Source: a virus (Duplodnaviria > Caudoviricetes). Taken from it: DNA of 64,000 nucleotides. Position numbers and translations under genes: made by a program. Within the stretch, counting starts at the first letter, position 1, and each line of letters opens with the position of its first letter. A model generated the notes under the pieces. It saw only the letters and a program-made list of their open reading frames with translations, was not told where the DNA came from and did no database searches. Location of the stretch: positions 53,328-117,327 of IMG/VR virus record IMGVR_UViG_3300037067_011041; one strand, 5' to 3'. Positions 1 through 9,875 of the stretch are shown one piece after another.

Positions 1-145
1 GCGTAGCCTTTGAAGCTGTGTTCAAAGGACGCATCGAAGGCCGGTTTGACTACTTCGATGAATGGGACGAGGAACTTATCGTAGAAGAGCACATTTCACA
101 GCCTCTTCCTGAGAAGTGGTTTGAATCACCCTTTGGAGACGGGCT

Positions 146-532
146 ATGAGCAACCTTCCGCATCCTTTCAACGCCGCTGATTACTACGGCCTTGTATTCA
201 TGGCCGAGTATTCGGTATGTTCTCAAGCGTCTCAGATTTGGATCGCTCGACGAGAGCCAGAGCCGCCTTATAGTAGCAGCGTCACTACTAGCGTCGCCAG
301 ACTGGTGTGGGATAAGGTCGACCCTGGAAATCAGTGGCCAGAGGCCACGATCGTTTGCCGGGACAGAGATAGCTACAACGGCACCAACCAGCTTCAATTC
401 CTCTTCGACGCCCTTTGGCAGTTGGGCTTTCGCCCAAAGAAGAGCGATCCGTCAGGCGAAGTGCTGGCCGCCAAGGACCAGAACCTATCCGACCTGCGCA
501 CCATCCTTTTCAATCAACTGGGTATCCAATGA
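146..532 (+). CDS. hypothetical phage protein
   Basis: 128-aa ORF with GGAG upstream; stop overlaps the next ATG (ATGA). Confidence 0.7.
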   Translation: MSNLPHPFNAADYYGLVFMAEYSVCSQASQIWIARREPEPPYSSSVTTSVARLVWDKVDPGNQWPEATIVCRDRDSYNGTNQLQFLFDALWQLGFRPKKSDPSGEVLAAKDQNLSDLRTILFNQLGIQ

Positions 533-1212
533 ACACAAACAGAGTTTTTGCCTATACGCTTTTTATGCTTGGTGTGTGGCTGCTCATCTTGGTGCTGGCC
601 CGCCTGTGCTTTTGTGCCGAGCCTCAGCCCCTGCAACAATGTGTGAAGATACACACTGAGGACAAAGGTGGCATGAGCAGCAGAGGGACAGGAACCTACG
701 TCGGTCTCAGGCTTGTGGCCTCGTGCGCTCACAATGTTCGCGACCGACTGAGCGACGACAGTGTGGAAATCGAGTTCCCAAGTGGTGAGTCGCTGGCAGG
801 TAAGGTTTTGTATTTCGATGAGACCTACGACCTGTCTCTCATTGAATTGTCCGGCACGCCGCATTGCAAGCCTCTGTACATGACGCCTGAACTAACTGAG
901 GGCGAGCCGCTGTCGATTCAAGGGTACGCGAGCGGCTACAGGAAAGTGTGGGGAACTCTCAGTGAGAAACGATACGGTAAGACCGGACAATGGCGAACCA
1001 TAGACGGGGCCGCTTCGCTTCAAGGCGAGTCTGGCGGCCCCGTGAGCAACAAGCATGGCGAATTCTGCGGCGTCCTTTGGGGATCAGACGGCGGCCAAAC
1101 TTACTTCACTCCCGGCCGCGTGGTGATTGAGAAAATCAAGGAACTTTCCTTGCCTGTCCCGCCCATCACACCCCCCGAAAATCCGCCCAACCTTTATGGA
1201 GATATCGAATGA
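529..1212 (+). CDS. secreted/membrane-anchored trypsin-like serine protease
   Basis: ATG at 529; N-terminal hydrophobic segment; triad motifs SCAH, YDLSL, GESGGP; Pro-rich tail. Confidence 0.9.
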   Translation: MNTNRVFAYTLFMLGVWLLILVLARLCFCAEPQPLQQCVKIHTEDKGGMSSRGTGTYVGLRLVASCAHNVRDRLSDDSVEIEFPSGESLAGKVLYFDETYDLSLIELSGTPHCKPLYMTPELTEGEPLSIQGYASGYRKVWGTLSEKRYGKTGQWRTIDGAASLQGESGGPVSNKHGEFCGVLWGSDGGQTYFTPGRVVIEKIKELSLPVPPITPPENPPNLYGDIE

Positions 1213-1865
1213 ATTGGAAACATTGTGACGAGCTAAGGCCAGAGTTGCCATCGCAAGGCTTCGGCCCGGTGATCGACGACTTGGAACGGCACTCCAACTC
1301 TGGGCACCCTATGAGGAATCGTCGAGATCCCGGCAACTGGGCACACGAGTTGTGCCACTGGGTGAACAGCCTGCTGCGGGTCGACGGGTACAACAGCTTC
1401 TACGTGCTGGGAGGCCGATATCTTACCCTACCAGAACCAAAGGTTACCATCGAGCAGGTGGCCGACAACGTCCCGGCAGACCAGCGAGGAAAAGGCTACA
1501 AGCTGTATCTCGTCACGATGCGGCGGTATTGGAACAACCAGCCGCTCTACATTCTGGATGAGGCAACGGCTTACACGACTGGCTTGGCGCACCACGTCGA
1601 GCTAGGACAAAAGGACAATTCGCGAATGATGAGTGCCAACGAGTTTGTAGTGTACAGTAGAGTTCTACTGGAAACTGTAAAGAGGTTGGTGCCGTCCTAC
1701 GTCGACATGCCCGACCTTGAAGAGTACATCAACTGGAACGCAGGCCGCGTCGCCAGCCTTACTCGTTGTCACAACGGGGAACGACTGGTCAAACCACCGG
1801 TAACACCCGAGATTAAACCGGCAGTCAAACCGACAGTCAAGCCAGACGACTTCAAACTCTACTAG
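1209..1865 (+). CDS. putative zinc metallopeptidase (HExxH)
   Basis: WAHELCH motif plus downstream DEATAY (possible third ligand Glu); Pro/Lys tail. Confidence 0.6.
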   Translation: MNWKHCDELRPELPSQGFGPVIDDLERHSNSGHPMRNRRDPGNWAHELCHWVNSLLRVDGYNSFYVLGGRYLTLPEPKVTIEQVADNVPADQRGKGYKLYLVTMRRYWNNQPLYILDEATAYTTGLAHHVELGQKDNSRMMSANEFVVYSRVLLETVKRLVPSYVDMPDLEEYINWNAGRVASLTRCHNGERLVKPPVTPEIKPAVKPTVKPDDFKLY

Positions 1866-1875
1866 AAAGGCCCAG

Positions 1876-2163
1876 ATGATCGAAACAATTTGCATCTCCG
1901 CTATACTGCTTGCCATCGTTTTGCTTGTGCTCGCCGCGCTCGTGCGGCTGGTTCAAAGCATGGAAGCCTGCCTGCTTTGGGCAGCCGAACCTGATCTCGA
2001 ATTCAAGGCCACTCACATCCTGGCCGTCACACCCGGAACCAAGATGGAGGTGATGGTCGTTGAAGGCCACGTCATTTATCAGTCGCCTTTCACGAATGAC
2101 ATTACCGATCTTGGCCTTGTGGAAGACTTCCCCGAGATCCTTTTTCCACTGGAGGCCAAGTGA
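1876..2163 (+). CDS. hypothetical membrane protein
   Basis: N-terminal hydrophobic helix. Confidence 0.6.
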   Translation: MIETICISAILLAIVLLVLAALVRLVQSMEACLLWAAEPDLEFKATHILAVTPGTKMEVMVVEGHVIYQSPFTNDITDLGLVEDFPEILFPLEAK

Positions 2164-2492
2164 CAACTGCTCTCATCATTTTCTTTTGTGTCATGGTGGG
2201 CGGGCCTATGATAGGCTTATGGGTGCTCGCCATGGCAGGTATCGTTCGTCTTATTTCAGATGTTTGGAGGAAGTAGCATGGGCTGGTCCGGCGGCAGCAG
2301 GGTGATGAGCGGAATCATCGAAGCATTGAACTGCGATAATGTTGGTTTGCATCCGCTTCAACGCAGTTGGCTTTACATGGAAATCATTCCGATCTTGGAA
2401 GACGAGGATTGGGACACGATCGACGAATGCATGGGCACCGACGCTGTGTTCGATCAGGTTGTCCAGGAACTTCACCCGGAGTGGTTTGAGTA

Positions 2493-2780
2493 ATGAGAGA
2501 AACTAAACCAAGCTTCCACCGACCAGTTACCCGGCGGCTCATCAACTTGACGAACGACGAGTTGTCCCTGCTATTCAAGCTGCGGGCCGACGAAGTGGCC
2601 GACAGTCTGAAGGGGCATGAATTCTGGGACGACAATCGAATTGTCTACTGGAATAAATTTATCCTCTTGCAAGACCGTCTGTTTGAGGTTATGATGGAGA
2701 TACAAAGCCGGTACCCTGCAAAGGAAGTTCGTGACTATCAGCGATTGTTGCCGGTCATGGAGCCCAACGAAGAGGTGTGA
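2493..2780 (+). CDS. hypothetical protein
   Basis: ORF coupled to its neighbours (TAATG, GTGA overlaps). Confidence 0.6.
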   Translation: MRETKPSFHRPVTRRLINLTNDELSLLFKLRADEVADSLKGHEFWDDNRIVYWNKFILLQDRLFEVMMEIQSRYPAKEVRDYQRLLPVMEPNEEV

Positions 2781-3046
2781 CTATGATCTTTCGATATTGG
2801 GACGTGGGCGAATCCCCTTCCGGCCACCTGCCTAATCTAGGTAAGGCGTCAACCGCTCGCGTTATGCAAGCCATTCTTATCACCGGGTCTCAATTGAGCG
2901 ATCACTGTGTCGACGGCGGACAGTATGATTCTGCATCTATACGCCCTGTGTCCTATCGAGTAGCTGTGCCAATAGGATCTGAGAAACAGTTCGAGAGTAT
3001 TTCCGGGTATAGGTTGGAGGAGCCATCAGTGGTGAGCGGCCAATGA
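2777..3046 (+). CDS. hypothetical protein
   Basis: coupled ORF. Confidence 0.55.
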   Translation: MTMIFRYWDVGESPSGHLPNLGKASTARVMQAILITGSQLSDHCVDGGQYDSASIRPVSYRVAVPIGSEKQFESISGYRLEEPSVVSGQ

Positions 3047-3375
3047 ACAGGAAACGTCTGATGTCGATAATGCTGCGACCTGGAACTGACTCGCGGTGTT
3101 ATGACCACAAGCACAAATACTCGCATCAAGGCAAGCGTACTGGCGCCAAGCGGGTCCGGCAAGCGATAAAAAGGGATTTGAATGAGCAAAGCTGTGAATA
3201 ATGGCCCGTCTGTGTGGCGGCCAAAGATCAAGATTTGCAACTCTTGCAAACACCTGAATCGATCAGGTTGCGCCAGGTGCAATGCGACGCCCTCGTCTTG
3301 CAACAACCTGATTGGCTACGAGTACATCAACAGCCAGTGTGTATACCTTACACCTGACTGGTGTCCGGAGGACAA

Positions 3376-5955
3376 ATGAGATTTCGCGAAGACGTCTACT
3401 ACATTGACACGGAAACCCTTGGTTTTCACGGACTCGCCACGCTCATCCAGTGGGCCTTCGAGGACGGCGACGTTCACTTGCACAATCTCTGGGACGTGCC
3501 GGTAAAGGACACGCTTGCCCTGATTGAAGAGTTCACGCAACATACATGCGTGTTCTTCAACGCTGCGTACGATTGGTTCCACTTGTGCAAGATCTACACA
3601 ATGTGGTTGTTGCTTCCTCCGGACGCAATCCCATGCAAGCTGCCTATCGACATGCTTGTCAAGGCCGAGGATGAAGCCCGTGACGGCCCTTGCTTGAAGC
3701 CAAAGAACGTGATGGATCTTATGCTCCATTCACGCAAAGGTGAATTCCAAACCCTCATGTCGCGACATGATGTGAAGGTGACAAAGGTTCCAACCCCGCT
3801 TGCCGAGCCTTTGCGAAACAAGCTGGAAGACATGATCGAATTGGATGGCATCTTGTTCGCCAAGAGGGCCAATCCAAATGCGCCGAAGTGGGGCGTGTAC
3901 GACAGGATCAAACGTGGCAAGGAAGACACGATCGATCCGAATTTCAAAGACGTGATTCTCAAGTTCAAGCCCGCTCGCGGGTTGAAATATCTAGCCCAAC
4001 ACTGCCTTGGTCTGGACCCGGAGTTCCACTCATTCAAGGATGTGTATCCGGAACGAGACGGCAAGTTGTTCGAGTTGGGATACGCCCCATTCGCCAACGC
4101 CATATCGTCGGCCGAGAAAGAGTGGAAGGTATGGGACAAGAACGGAAAGCTGAAAGGGCGGGCGTGGCCCGCATACATTTACGGAGATGTCGAACACTGG
4201 AGAACGAATGAAGAGGCACGAAGGTACGCTAGAGACGACGTCACTTACACAAGATTGCTTGACGAGTATTTCGGATTCCAGCCCGCCGGTGATACCGACT
4301 CGGTGCTCGCCTGCATGGTTGCAGCAGTCAGATGGCATGGCTTTGTCGTCGACGTTGACGCAGTCACCGAACTACTTTCAAAATCCAGGGAGGTGCTTGC
4401 GGCATCCCCTGTAAACATCAACAAGCCGCAACAAGTAAAGCGATACATTCGTGCAGTGATGGCCGAGGAAGAGGCTATCCTGATTGACAAGTCCACAAAG
4501 AAAGCCAACCTGGAGAAGATTCGATCCGATTATGTTGTCAACCCAGACGATGTTGATCCTGATCTTGGCGGCGAGCTATGCATACGCTGCTTGGGCGAGG
4601 GAGAAGAGGCTTCTGGCCCTTGTCCGCGATGTGAGGGAAGAGGTTATCTTCCTGTCGGCCCAACTCTGGCCTCAAAACGGGCAGACGAAATCCTCAAGTG
4701 CAAAGTTGCCGCAAAGGAAAACGAACTCTATGAAAAGCTTCTCAAGGCAAGGCGCTTTCACGCAGCGTTCAAAGTCATCGGCACCTTGTCTTCGCGTATG
4801 GCGGGAGGAGAAGGACTGAATGCCCAAGGCATCAAGGGCAGCAAGGAAGTTCGTGGTGCCTTCCCGCTGAAGTGGGATGGAATGGTATTGTGTGGCGGTG
4901 ACTTCGACGGATTCGAGGTTACGATCGCTGACGCTGTGTTTGGTGACGCGAAGCTTCGCGAGAACCTCCTTGCAGGTATCTCGATCCACGTCATGATGGC
5001 CGAGAAGATCTATCCGGACAAGACTCGCGAGCAAATCAAGGCCAGTAAGGGGATGGCTGATGGTGGCGACATTGACATGTACACTCGTGGTAAGCAAGCG
5101 GTGTTTGCCACGTTGTACGGCGGCGACGCCAACACGATTAACAAGAAGCTGTCCATTCCGAAGAAGATCGCTGAGGCGGCCTTCGACGCGTTCCAGGAAG
5201 AGTATCCAGGCATCAAGGAGACACGCGAGAACATCGCAAAGTCGTTTGAAGCCTTGAAGCAGCACGGTGAGATCGGCACGGGCCATATCAGCTACACCGA
5301 ACCCGCAGAGTATGTCGAGACCTTCCTTGGGTTCCGCCGATACTTCACGCTGGAAAACAAGATCGCCAAGGCCCTTTTCGATCTCGCACATGACACGCCG
5401 AAAGCTTGGCGCAAGCTTGACTGGAAAGTTGTCCGACGCGACCGAGAGCAGACGCCTGCCGGAGCGGTGTCTTCTGCCTTGTATGGGGCGGCGTTTCAGA
5501 TCCAGGCCAGCACGATTCGTGCCGCCAACAATCATCTCATCCAATCCCCTGGGGCGATGATTACAAAGGACTTGCAACGGAACATCTGGGAAGTGCAACC
5601 GTACGGCGTGAACGAGTGGCGGGTGGCCCCGATGAATATTCATGACGAAGTTCTTAGCGTAACGGCGCCAGCGTATGTCGACGCAGTTACGGGCATCACC
5701 GTCAAGACTGTCGAATCGTTCCGCGATCGCGTCCCGTTGATCGGAATGTCGTGGGTCAAGTCAATGGAGAACTGGGCTGGCAAAAAGGGCGGTGAGGAAG
5801 ACCTTGAGGTGCATATCACCCCAGAAGGTGTAACTGGATGGGTGAGTCTTCAAGACGATTGCTATGTCGAGCCCATCGACATTACTGAACTGGAAGCCCT
5901 CGACGAAGAGGACGACCCATGTCCAGACACAAGTTACTTAGACAGTCTTATTTGA
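3376..5955 (+). CDS. polA: family A DNA polymerase with 3'-5' exonuclease domain and a Zn-finger insertion
   Basis: ExoI DTET, ExoII FNAAYD, ExoIII YARDD; GTLSSR; motif A DFDGFE; motif B RGKQAVFATLYG; motif C IHDE; ATG 3376 after GGAGG. Confidence 0.95.
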   Translation: MRFREDVYYIDTETLGFHGLATLIQWAFEDGDVHLHNLWDVPVKDTLALIEEFTQHTCVFFNAAYDWFHLCKIYTMWLLLPPDAIPCKLPIDMLVKAEDEARDGPCLKPKNVMDLMLHSRKGEFQTLMSRHDVKVTKVPTPLAEPLRNKLEDMIELDGILFAKRANPNAPKWGVYDRIKRGKEDTIDPNFKDVILKFKPARGLKYLAQHCLGLDPEFHSFKDVYPERDGKLFELGYAPFANAISSAEKEWKVWDKNGKLKGRAWPAYIYGDVEHWRTNEEARRYARDDVTYTRLLDEYFGFQPAGDTDSVLACMVAAVRWHGFVVDVDAVTELLSKSREVLAASPVNINKPQQVKRYIRAVMAEEEAILIDKSTKKANLEKIRSDYVVNPDDVDPDLGGELCIRCLGEGEEASGPCPRCEGRGYLPVGPTLASKRADEILKCKVAAKENELYEKLLKARRFHAAFKVIGTLSSRMAGGEGLNAQGIKGSKEVRGAFPLKWDGMVLCGGDFDGFEVTIADAVFGDAKLRENLLAGISIHVMMAEKIYPDKTREQIKASKGMADGGDIDMYTRGKQAVFATLYGGDANTINKKLSIPKKIAEAAFDAFQEEYPGIKETRENIAKSFEALKQHGEIGTGHISYTEPAEYVETFLGFRRYFTLENKIAKALFDLAHDTPKAWRKLDWKVVRRDREQTPAGAVSSALYGAAFQIQASTIRAANNHLIQSPGAMITKDLQRNIWEVQPYGVNEWRVAPMNIHDEVLSVTAPAYVDAVTGITVKTVESFRDRVPLIGMSWVKSMENWAGKKGGEEDLEVHITPEGVTGWVSLQDDCYVEPIDITELEALDEEDDPCPDTSYLDSLI

Positions 5956-5960
5956 GGAAC

Positions 5961-6257
5961 ATGATGGACGTAGCTATACGCGATATCTGGCGACGAATGT
6001 CCAAGCCCCCTTGGGTGACGTTGCATTGGAATGCTGGCAGTCACTGTTATGACCACATAGTGTTCTACCAGATAGAGAACCAGAAGCGACGGCGGCGTCA
6101 AGTCGTCAAGTTTGAGGCGTGCCATATGTACAAGGCCGACGACTCGCACACAATCAGGTACATAGCAAGCGTGCTTCAAGACGGGTTGGAAGACGTCATG
6201 CGAAACACGGTTGACGCCGCTGTTGGCTCGATCGACGTTTATAGGGATGATGACTGA
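5961..6257 (+). CDS. hypothetical protein
   Basis: GAGG RBS, ATG at 5961. Confidence 0.55.
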   Translation: MMDVAIRDIWRRMSKPPWVTLHWNAGSHCYDHIVFYQIENQKRRRRQVVKFEACHMYKADDSHTIRYIASVLQDGLEDVMRNTVDAAVGSIDVYRDDD

Positions 6258-6471
6258 TGGACACGATTATCTACTTCCTTCGGAAGAAGAACACAACAGA
6301 CCAATACTATCTCCGAAGAGGAGGCAGAAAGAATCTCTACGGCGATAAACGCGGCACCAGGGAGCCTGTGTGGGGATCAATGAAAAAGGCGGCCTGTTGG
6401 ACTTCTCCGAACGGCCCTCGCCCGATTCGAGGTGACAACGACATCGTAGGTTTCAAACTCGGAATTGAGAT

Positions 6472-6897
6472 ATGAGTGACTCAAACACAACTACCCGGCC
6501 GCACTGGTTAATTGAACACATACTTGGAGAGAAAATGAACGACTATCACATCGCTGCTCACAAAGCCACGAATTACTTTGACATCCCTCGCACACTCGGC
6601 AGCTATGAGTGTGGCTGGTGGCTTCGCGGTCTTCCCCCGATGATGTATCAGCACTACGCCCAGTCGCTGGCGGTCGAGGCCGCCTTCGAGTGGAACGGAA
6701 ACGACATCGATGACTTGGTCGACATCATTTACGAAAAGTTCGATGCGGCCCGGCCGGATATCGTATACACCTGCGAAGGCGCCAAGCACTTGCACGAAGA
6801 GATCGCCCTGCTTCAGCAAGAGGTAGTCCTTCTGTCCGATGGCGTGAAGATCGCCACTGCATACATCAACGCCTTGCAAGAAGTTATGGAAGGCTGA
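6472..6897 (+). CDS. hypothetical protein
   Basis: coupled ORF, 141 aa. Confidence 0.6.
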   Translation: MSDSNTTTRPHWLIEHILGEKMNDYHIAAHKATNYFDIPRTLGSYECGWWLRGLPPMMYQHYAQSLAVEAAFEWNGNDIDDLVDIIYEKFDAARPDIVYTCEGAKHLHEEIALLQQEVVLLSDGVKIATAYINALQEVMEG

Positions 6898-7115
6898 ACC
6901 ATGGGTCAAGACATTCCAAGCGAATATCCAGACAACAATCATCTCTGTACCGAGTACAAGTTCTACGCCCCGCCTCCGATTCAAAGCCGACTATTCCTAT
7001 CGGGCGACGCGTACGGTCTGGTATTTGATCTGCGACACCCGGTTCCGAGTAGATGGTGTCAGTGGTGGCAACGCGTGTTTTTCGGTTTCCGCTGGGAAAA
7101 AGTTCGGAAACCTTC

Positions 7116-7143
7116 TTGACTTTTGCATATCTTGTGGTATACT
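7116..7143 (+). promoter_or_regulatory. sigma70-type promoter
   Basis: TTGACT-N16-TATACT with TGTGG extended -10. Confidence 0.85.
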
Positions 7144-7150
7144 TGTAGAT

Positions 7151-7456
7151 ATGCGTAACCCAACGGAGACGAAGACGGAGACGAACATGAACGAAAACAA
7201 CCGAAGAACACTCAGGGCTCTCTTGGATATCCTAAGCGATGCCCACTTGGCAATCACTGAGCAAGGGGCCAGCGTCAATGGTGCGTTCCTCAAGTTGGAT
7301 GAGAGTATCGAAGCTTCGATCGGCGTCGCTATTTATGCCAAGCGACCAAGCAGCCAAATCGATACCCTCATTGCTCTCCTGCAAGAGCAGGCACAGCGGT
7401 GCATCCGGATCGCCGAGGAACTGGAAACAGTGAAAAATAATGTGAAAGTCCCTTGA
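7151..7456 (+). CDS. hypothetical protein
   Basis: ORF directly after the promoter (start 7151 or 7187). Confidence 0.55.
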   Translation: MRNPTETKTETNMNENNRRTLRALLDILSDAHLAITEQGASVNGAFLKLDESIEASIGVAIYAKRPSSQIDTLIALLQEQAQRCIRIAEELETVKNNVKVP

Positions 7457-7480
7457 CTTTCTCTTTGCGTGTGGTATACT
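7453..7480 (+). promoter_or_regulatory. sigma70-type promoter upstream of tRNA-Asn
   Basis: TTGACT-N16-TATACT. Confidence 0.85.
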
Positions 7481-7570
7481 TGAGTGTATTCAGAGCATCT
7501 TCGATAAAACGCAGAACTCGAAGACAGGAGACTCAGCTATGCCACGGGCGGGCTAAAGACCTGCTGGCAC

Positions 7571-7643
7571 TGTGCGGTAGCTCAACCGGTAGAGCAACAG
7601 ATTGTTAATCTGTGGAGTGTAGGTTCAAATCCTACCCGCGCAG
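7571..7643 (+). tRNA. tRNA-Asn(GTT)
   Basis: full cloverleaf: acceptor TGTGCGG/CCGCGCA, D arm GCTC/GAGC, ACAGA-TTGTTAA-TCTGT, GTAGG-TTCAAAT-CCTAC; CCA not encoded. Confidence 0.92.
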
Positions 7644-7645
7644 CT

Positions 7646-7767
7646 TCGGGAGCGGCCAAATGGAGCCACAGTTGTTTCGCCGGGGAGTCAACCCCGTGCA
7701 GGGTGGTTGGCCGGTCGACTGCAAACGGCGAATGCTTCAGCGGTGCAGCGCTGATTAAGACTCCCGA
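7646..7767 (+). ncRNA. putative pseudoknotted structured ncRNA (RNA-A)
   Basis: TCGGGAG/CTCCCGA closing helix; TTCGCCG/CGGCGAA, TGCAG/CTGCA and TCAGCG/CGCTGA helices; CGGCCAA/TTGGCCG pseudoknot. Confidence 0.6.
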
Positions 7768-8000
7768 TAACACAAGGAGAAGAGAAATGAAGTGGGCGGC
7801 AGCCGTCATAATCGAGACATCAGAGGAGTTACTCCTTCGGGCCATGTACATACGGGCCAGCAGCCGTTATGAGGCACTTGGAAAGGCGTATGACACTGCA
7901 TGTAGACTGTGGCCCGGCAGCCTGCGTGTACACGTCAACATTTGCCCAGCCGACGAGAGGCATTTAATCAACGACCCAGAACAAGCAGAGATAGAGCCGA

Positions 8001-8228
8001 ATGAAAATCAAAGAACTTCGTGACGCACTGAATAGGGTCGATGGCGATGCCGAGTTGACGCTGTGGTTCCACGAGAGGGGCGAGAGAGTCGAACTCGCAC
8101 TCACCGAATTGGCTGTAACGGGAATGTGGCAGGCCCCAGAGAAGGGGCGGCTAACTACTGCCATATCCGATCTTCCCCTGTACGCCGAACTTACCTTCGA
8201 GATGAAATCAGATGAAGAAGAAGACTAA
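8001..8228 (+). CDS. hypothetical protein
   Basis: typical small phage ORF (MKIKEL...). Confidence 0.6.
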   Translation: MKIKELRDALNRVDGDAELTLWFHERGERVELALTELAVTGMWQAPEKGRLTTAISDLPLYAELTFEMKSDEEED

Positions 8229-8457
8229 GCGGCACGGCAGGAAGAAGCCGTACACCATTGACGGTGTAAAGAGGCTGCCGTGCGTGCGGTGTGGCAAGCC
8301 TGCCCATGCACAATGGAACACCTGCGCCGACGGTCTTCAACGGCCAATCTGCAAGGAGTGCGACGTGCTGTTGAACTTCATTGTCTTGATGTTCATGGAA
8401 GACCCGGACATCGACGAGAAGATCGAGAAGTACGCAGCGGGCATGGAGAAGGAATAA
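8212..8457 (+). CDS. small Zn-binding protein
   Basis: CxxC...CxxC motifs. Confidence 0.65.
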   Translation: MKKKTKRHGRKKPYTIDGVKRLPCVRCGKPAHAQWNTCADGLQRPICKECDVLLNFIVLMFMEDPDIDEKIEKYAAGMEKE

Positions 8458-8462
8458 TACAC

Positions 8463-8534
8463 AGTGGACGGGAGGCAAGGCGTCTTGCGGGCCTCATAAG
8501 CCCGTAGAGGTGGGTTCGATTCCCACGTCCACAA
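8463..8534 (+). tRNA. tRNA-Met(CAT), atypical, initiator-like
   Basis: A1:A72 mismatch, GTGGAC/GTCCAC, CGGGC-CTCATAA-GCCCG, GTGGG-TTCGATT-CCCAC; D loop only about 5 nt. Confidence 0.75.
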
Positions 8535-8536
8535 CT

Positions 8537-8606
8537 TGGAGGGGCATGGCGCGACCGGGTGGATGCTAGCGGCCCGGCATGGGTGGTTCAAATCCACGCC
8601 CTCCAG
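8537..8606 (+). ncRNA. D-armless tRNA-like RNA
   Basis: acceptor TGGAGGG/CCCTCCA, T arm GTGG-TTCAAAT-CCAC, central stem CCGGG/CCCGG with an 11-13 nt loop, no D stem. Confidence 0.65.
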
Positions 8607-8912
8607 TTTCACTTTTACCTTTTCACTTTTCAGGAGTCACACGTGCCAACAACTTTGAAGCCAGCGACAGACGGTGTTATGTTCGACGAACTTGACGACG
8701 GCCAGCTTGTTGTCGTCTTGAGTTCCGACCAAGATTACGATATCGGCAAGATCGCTCAGCGGCATGGCGACTGGCTGGTCATGGTCGGCGAGCCAGAGTC
8801 GGAAACTTACATGGAACCCGATGAACATGAACTGACCTTCCGAGTGCTGGCCGATGGTGAGTTGATCGCCGTAACTGACAACGGCTAAACATACCGAACA
8901 CGAGAGCAAGCC

Positions 8913-9206
8913 ATGAGTGACAATGATAGACAAACGATAATGACAATCGGCCTTGTTGCTGTGTTTCTTTGTGTGCTTGCTCTCATGTTCGGCATCACTT
9001 ACTTACAGCATTACAACGCTGTGACGGCCGACAAGCTTGAAGACATCAAGATGTGGGTTCGAGACACTCCGGAACTTCAGGAACACGTTTGTAAGGCGGG
9101 CGCCGATGGTGAGTTTGACAACTGGGATTACATCCGTCTGCAACAGCTTCACTCAGAACTCAGGTATGACAGCAACGTCAAACAACTAACCACTTCGTGT
9201 GACTGA
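8913..9206 (+). CDS. single-pass membrane protein (apparent paralog of 31528-31818)
   Basis: TM helix followed by a DI..V...P.L...V....ADG pattern shared with 31528-31818. Confidence 0.6.
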   Translation: MSDNDRQTIMTIGLVAVFLCVLALMFGITYLQHYNAVTADKLEDIKMWVRDTPELQEHVCKAGADGEFDNWDYIRLQQLHSELRYDSNVKQLTTSCD

Positions 9207-9207
9207 C

Positions 9208-9393
9208 ATGAGCCGAACACGTAAAGGCAGCAAAGGACCGGGATACGAGTATTGGTCGAGGCGGCCGGTGTCGCGTAAGTTCGGTACCTCTCCAGGGCCC
9301 TACTCGAAGAAGCGAACCCACTCGATTGAACGGGACGAGGAGAAGGAACTTCTCAGGAAAGAGGCAGAGGAACTTGACGAGGATAAGGAATGA
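9208..9393 (+). CDS. small basic phage protein
   Basis: MSRTRKGSKGPGYEYWSRRP N-terminus. Confidence 0.6.
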   Translation: MSRTRKGSKGPGYEYWSRRPVSRKFGTSPGPYSKKRTHSIERDEEKELLRKEAEELDEDKE

Positions 9394-9875
9394 GAGATCA
9401 TCACCGAGGACACAAGATTGAATGGAATGGACGCACCACATGGACGTACGCGCACTTCACCCCTTCACTGCTCAAATATGGCAAGGAGAGGCCATGCACG
9501 AAATGCGGAAAGGTGTCACGTGGGCCCGATCAATGTCTCGGGAAGCTTCCTGGTGTCAAGGCTGCATGCTGTGGACATGGCGTTGACGAAGACGCCTACA
9601 TCACATTTGATAGTGGGCTCACTGTTAGAGGCCGGGACGTTCTCAGGCTGCGAGAATGTTGGATGCACCACGCCGTCGACCCAGGAACCGCCATTGCGAT
9701 CTACCAGAGGCTGTCGTTCAATGTCGAGGCGACATACAAGCTTTGTCAGGCTGGAGACAGGGGAATACACAACCTTGTGGAAATCGCCGCCATCCTGGAG
9801 ATGCTTGTGCGAAAGTCGGTAGACGTTGCCGGAATCGGCGACGATCTTTTGTACTCTCGTAGAAATTTCACTTGA
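9390..9875 (+). CDS. Cys-rich hypothetical protein
   Basis: CxxC and DQCLGKLPGVKAACCGHG. Confidence 0.6.
   Translation: MRDHHRGHKIEWNGRTTWTYAHFTPSLLKYGKERPCTKCGKVSRGPDQCLGKLPGVKAACCGHGVDEDAYITFDSGLTVRGRDVLRLRECWMHHAVDPGTAIAIYQRLSFNVEATYKLCQAGDRGIHNLVEIAAILEMLVRKSVDVAGIGDDLLYSRRNFT

Noticed and set aside
3376-5955. intein or DpoZ (Z-genome polymerase)
   Set aside because: The insertions lack intein splice motifs, and no purZ is present in the window
7644-7767. HDV-like theta ribozyme after the tRNA
   Set aside because: I could not fit the nested double-pseudoknot; kept as an unknown ncRNA
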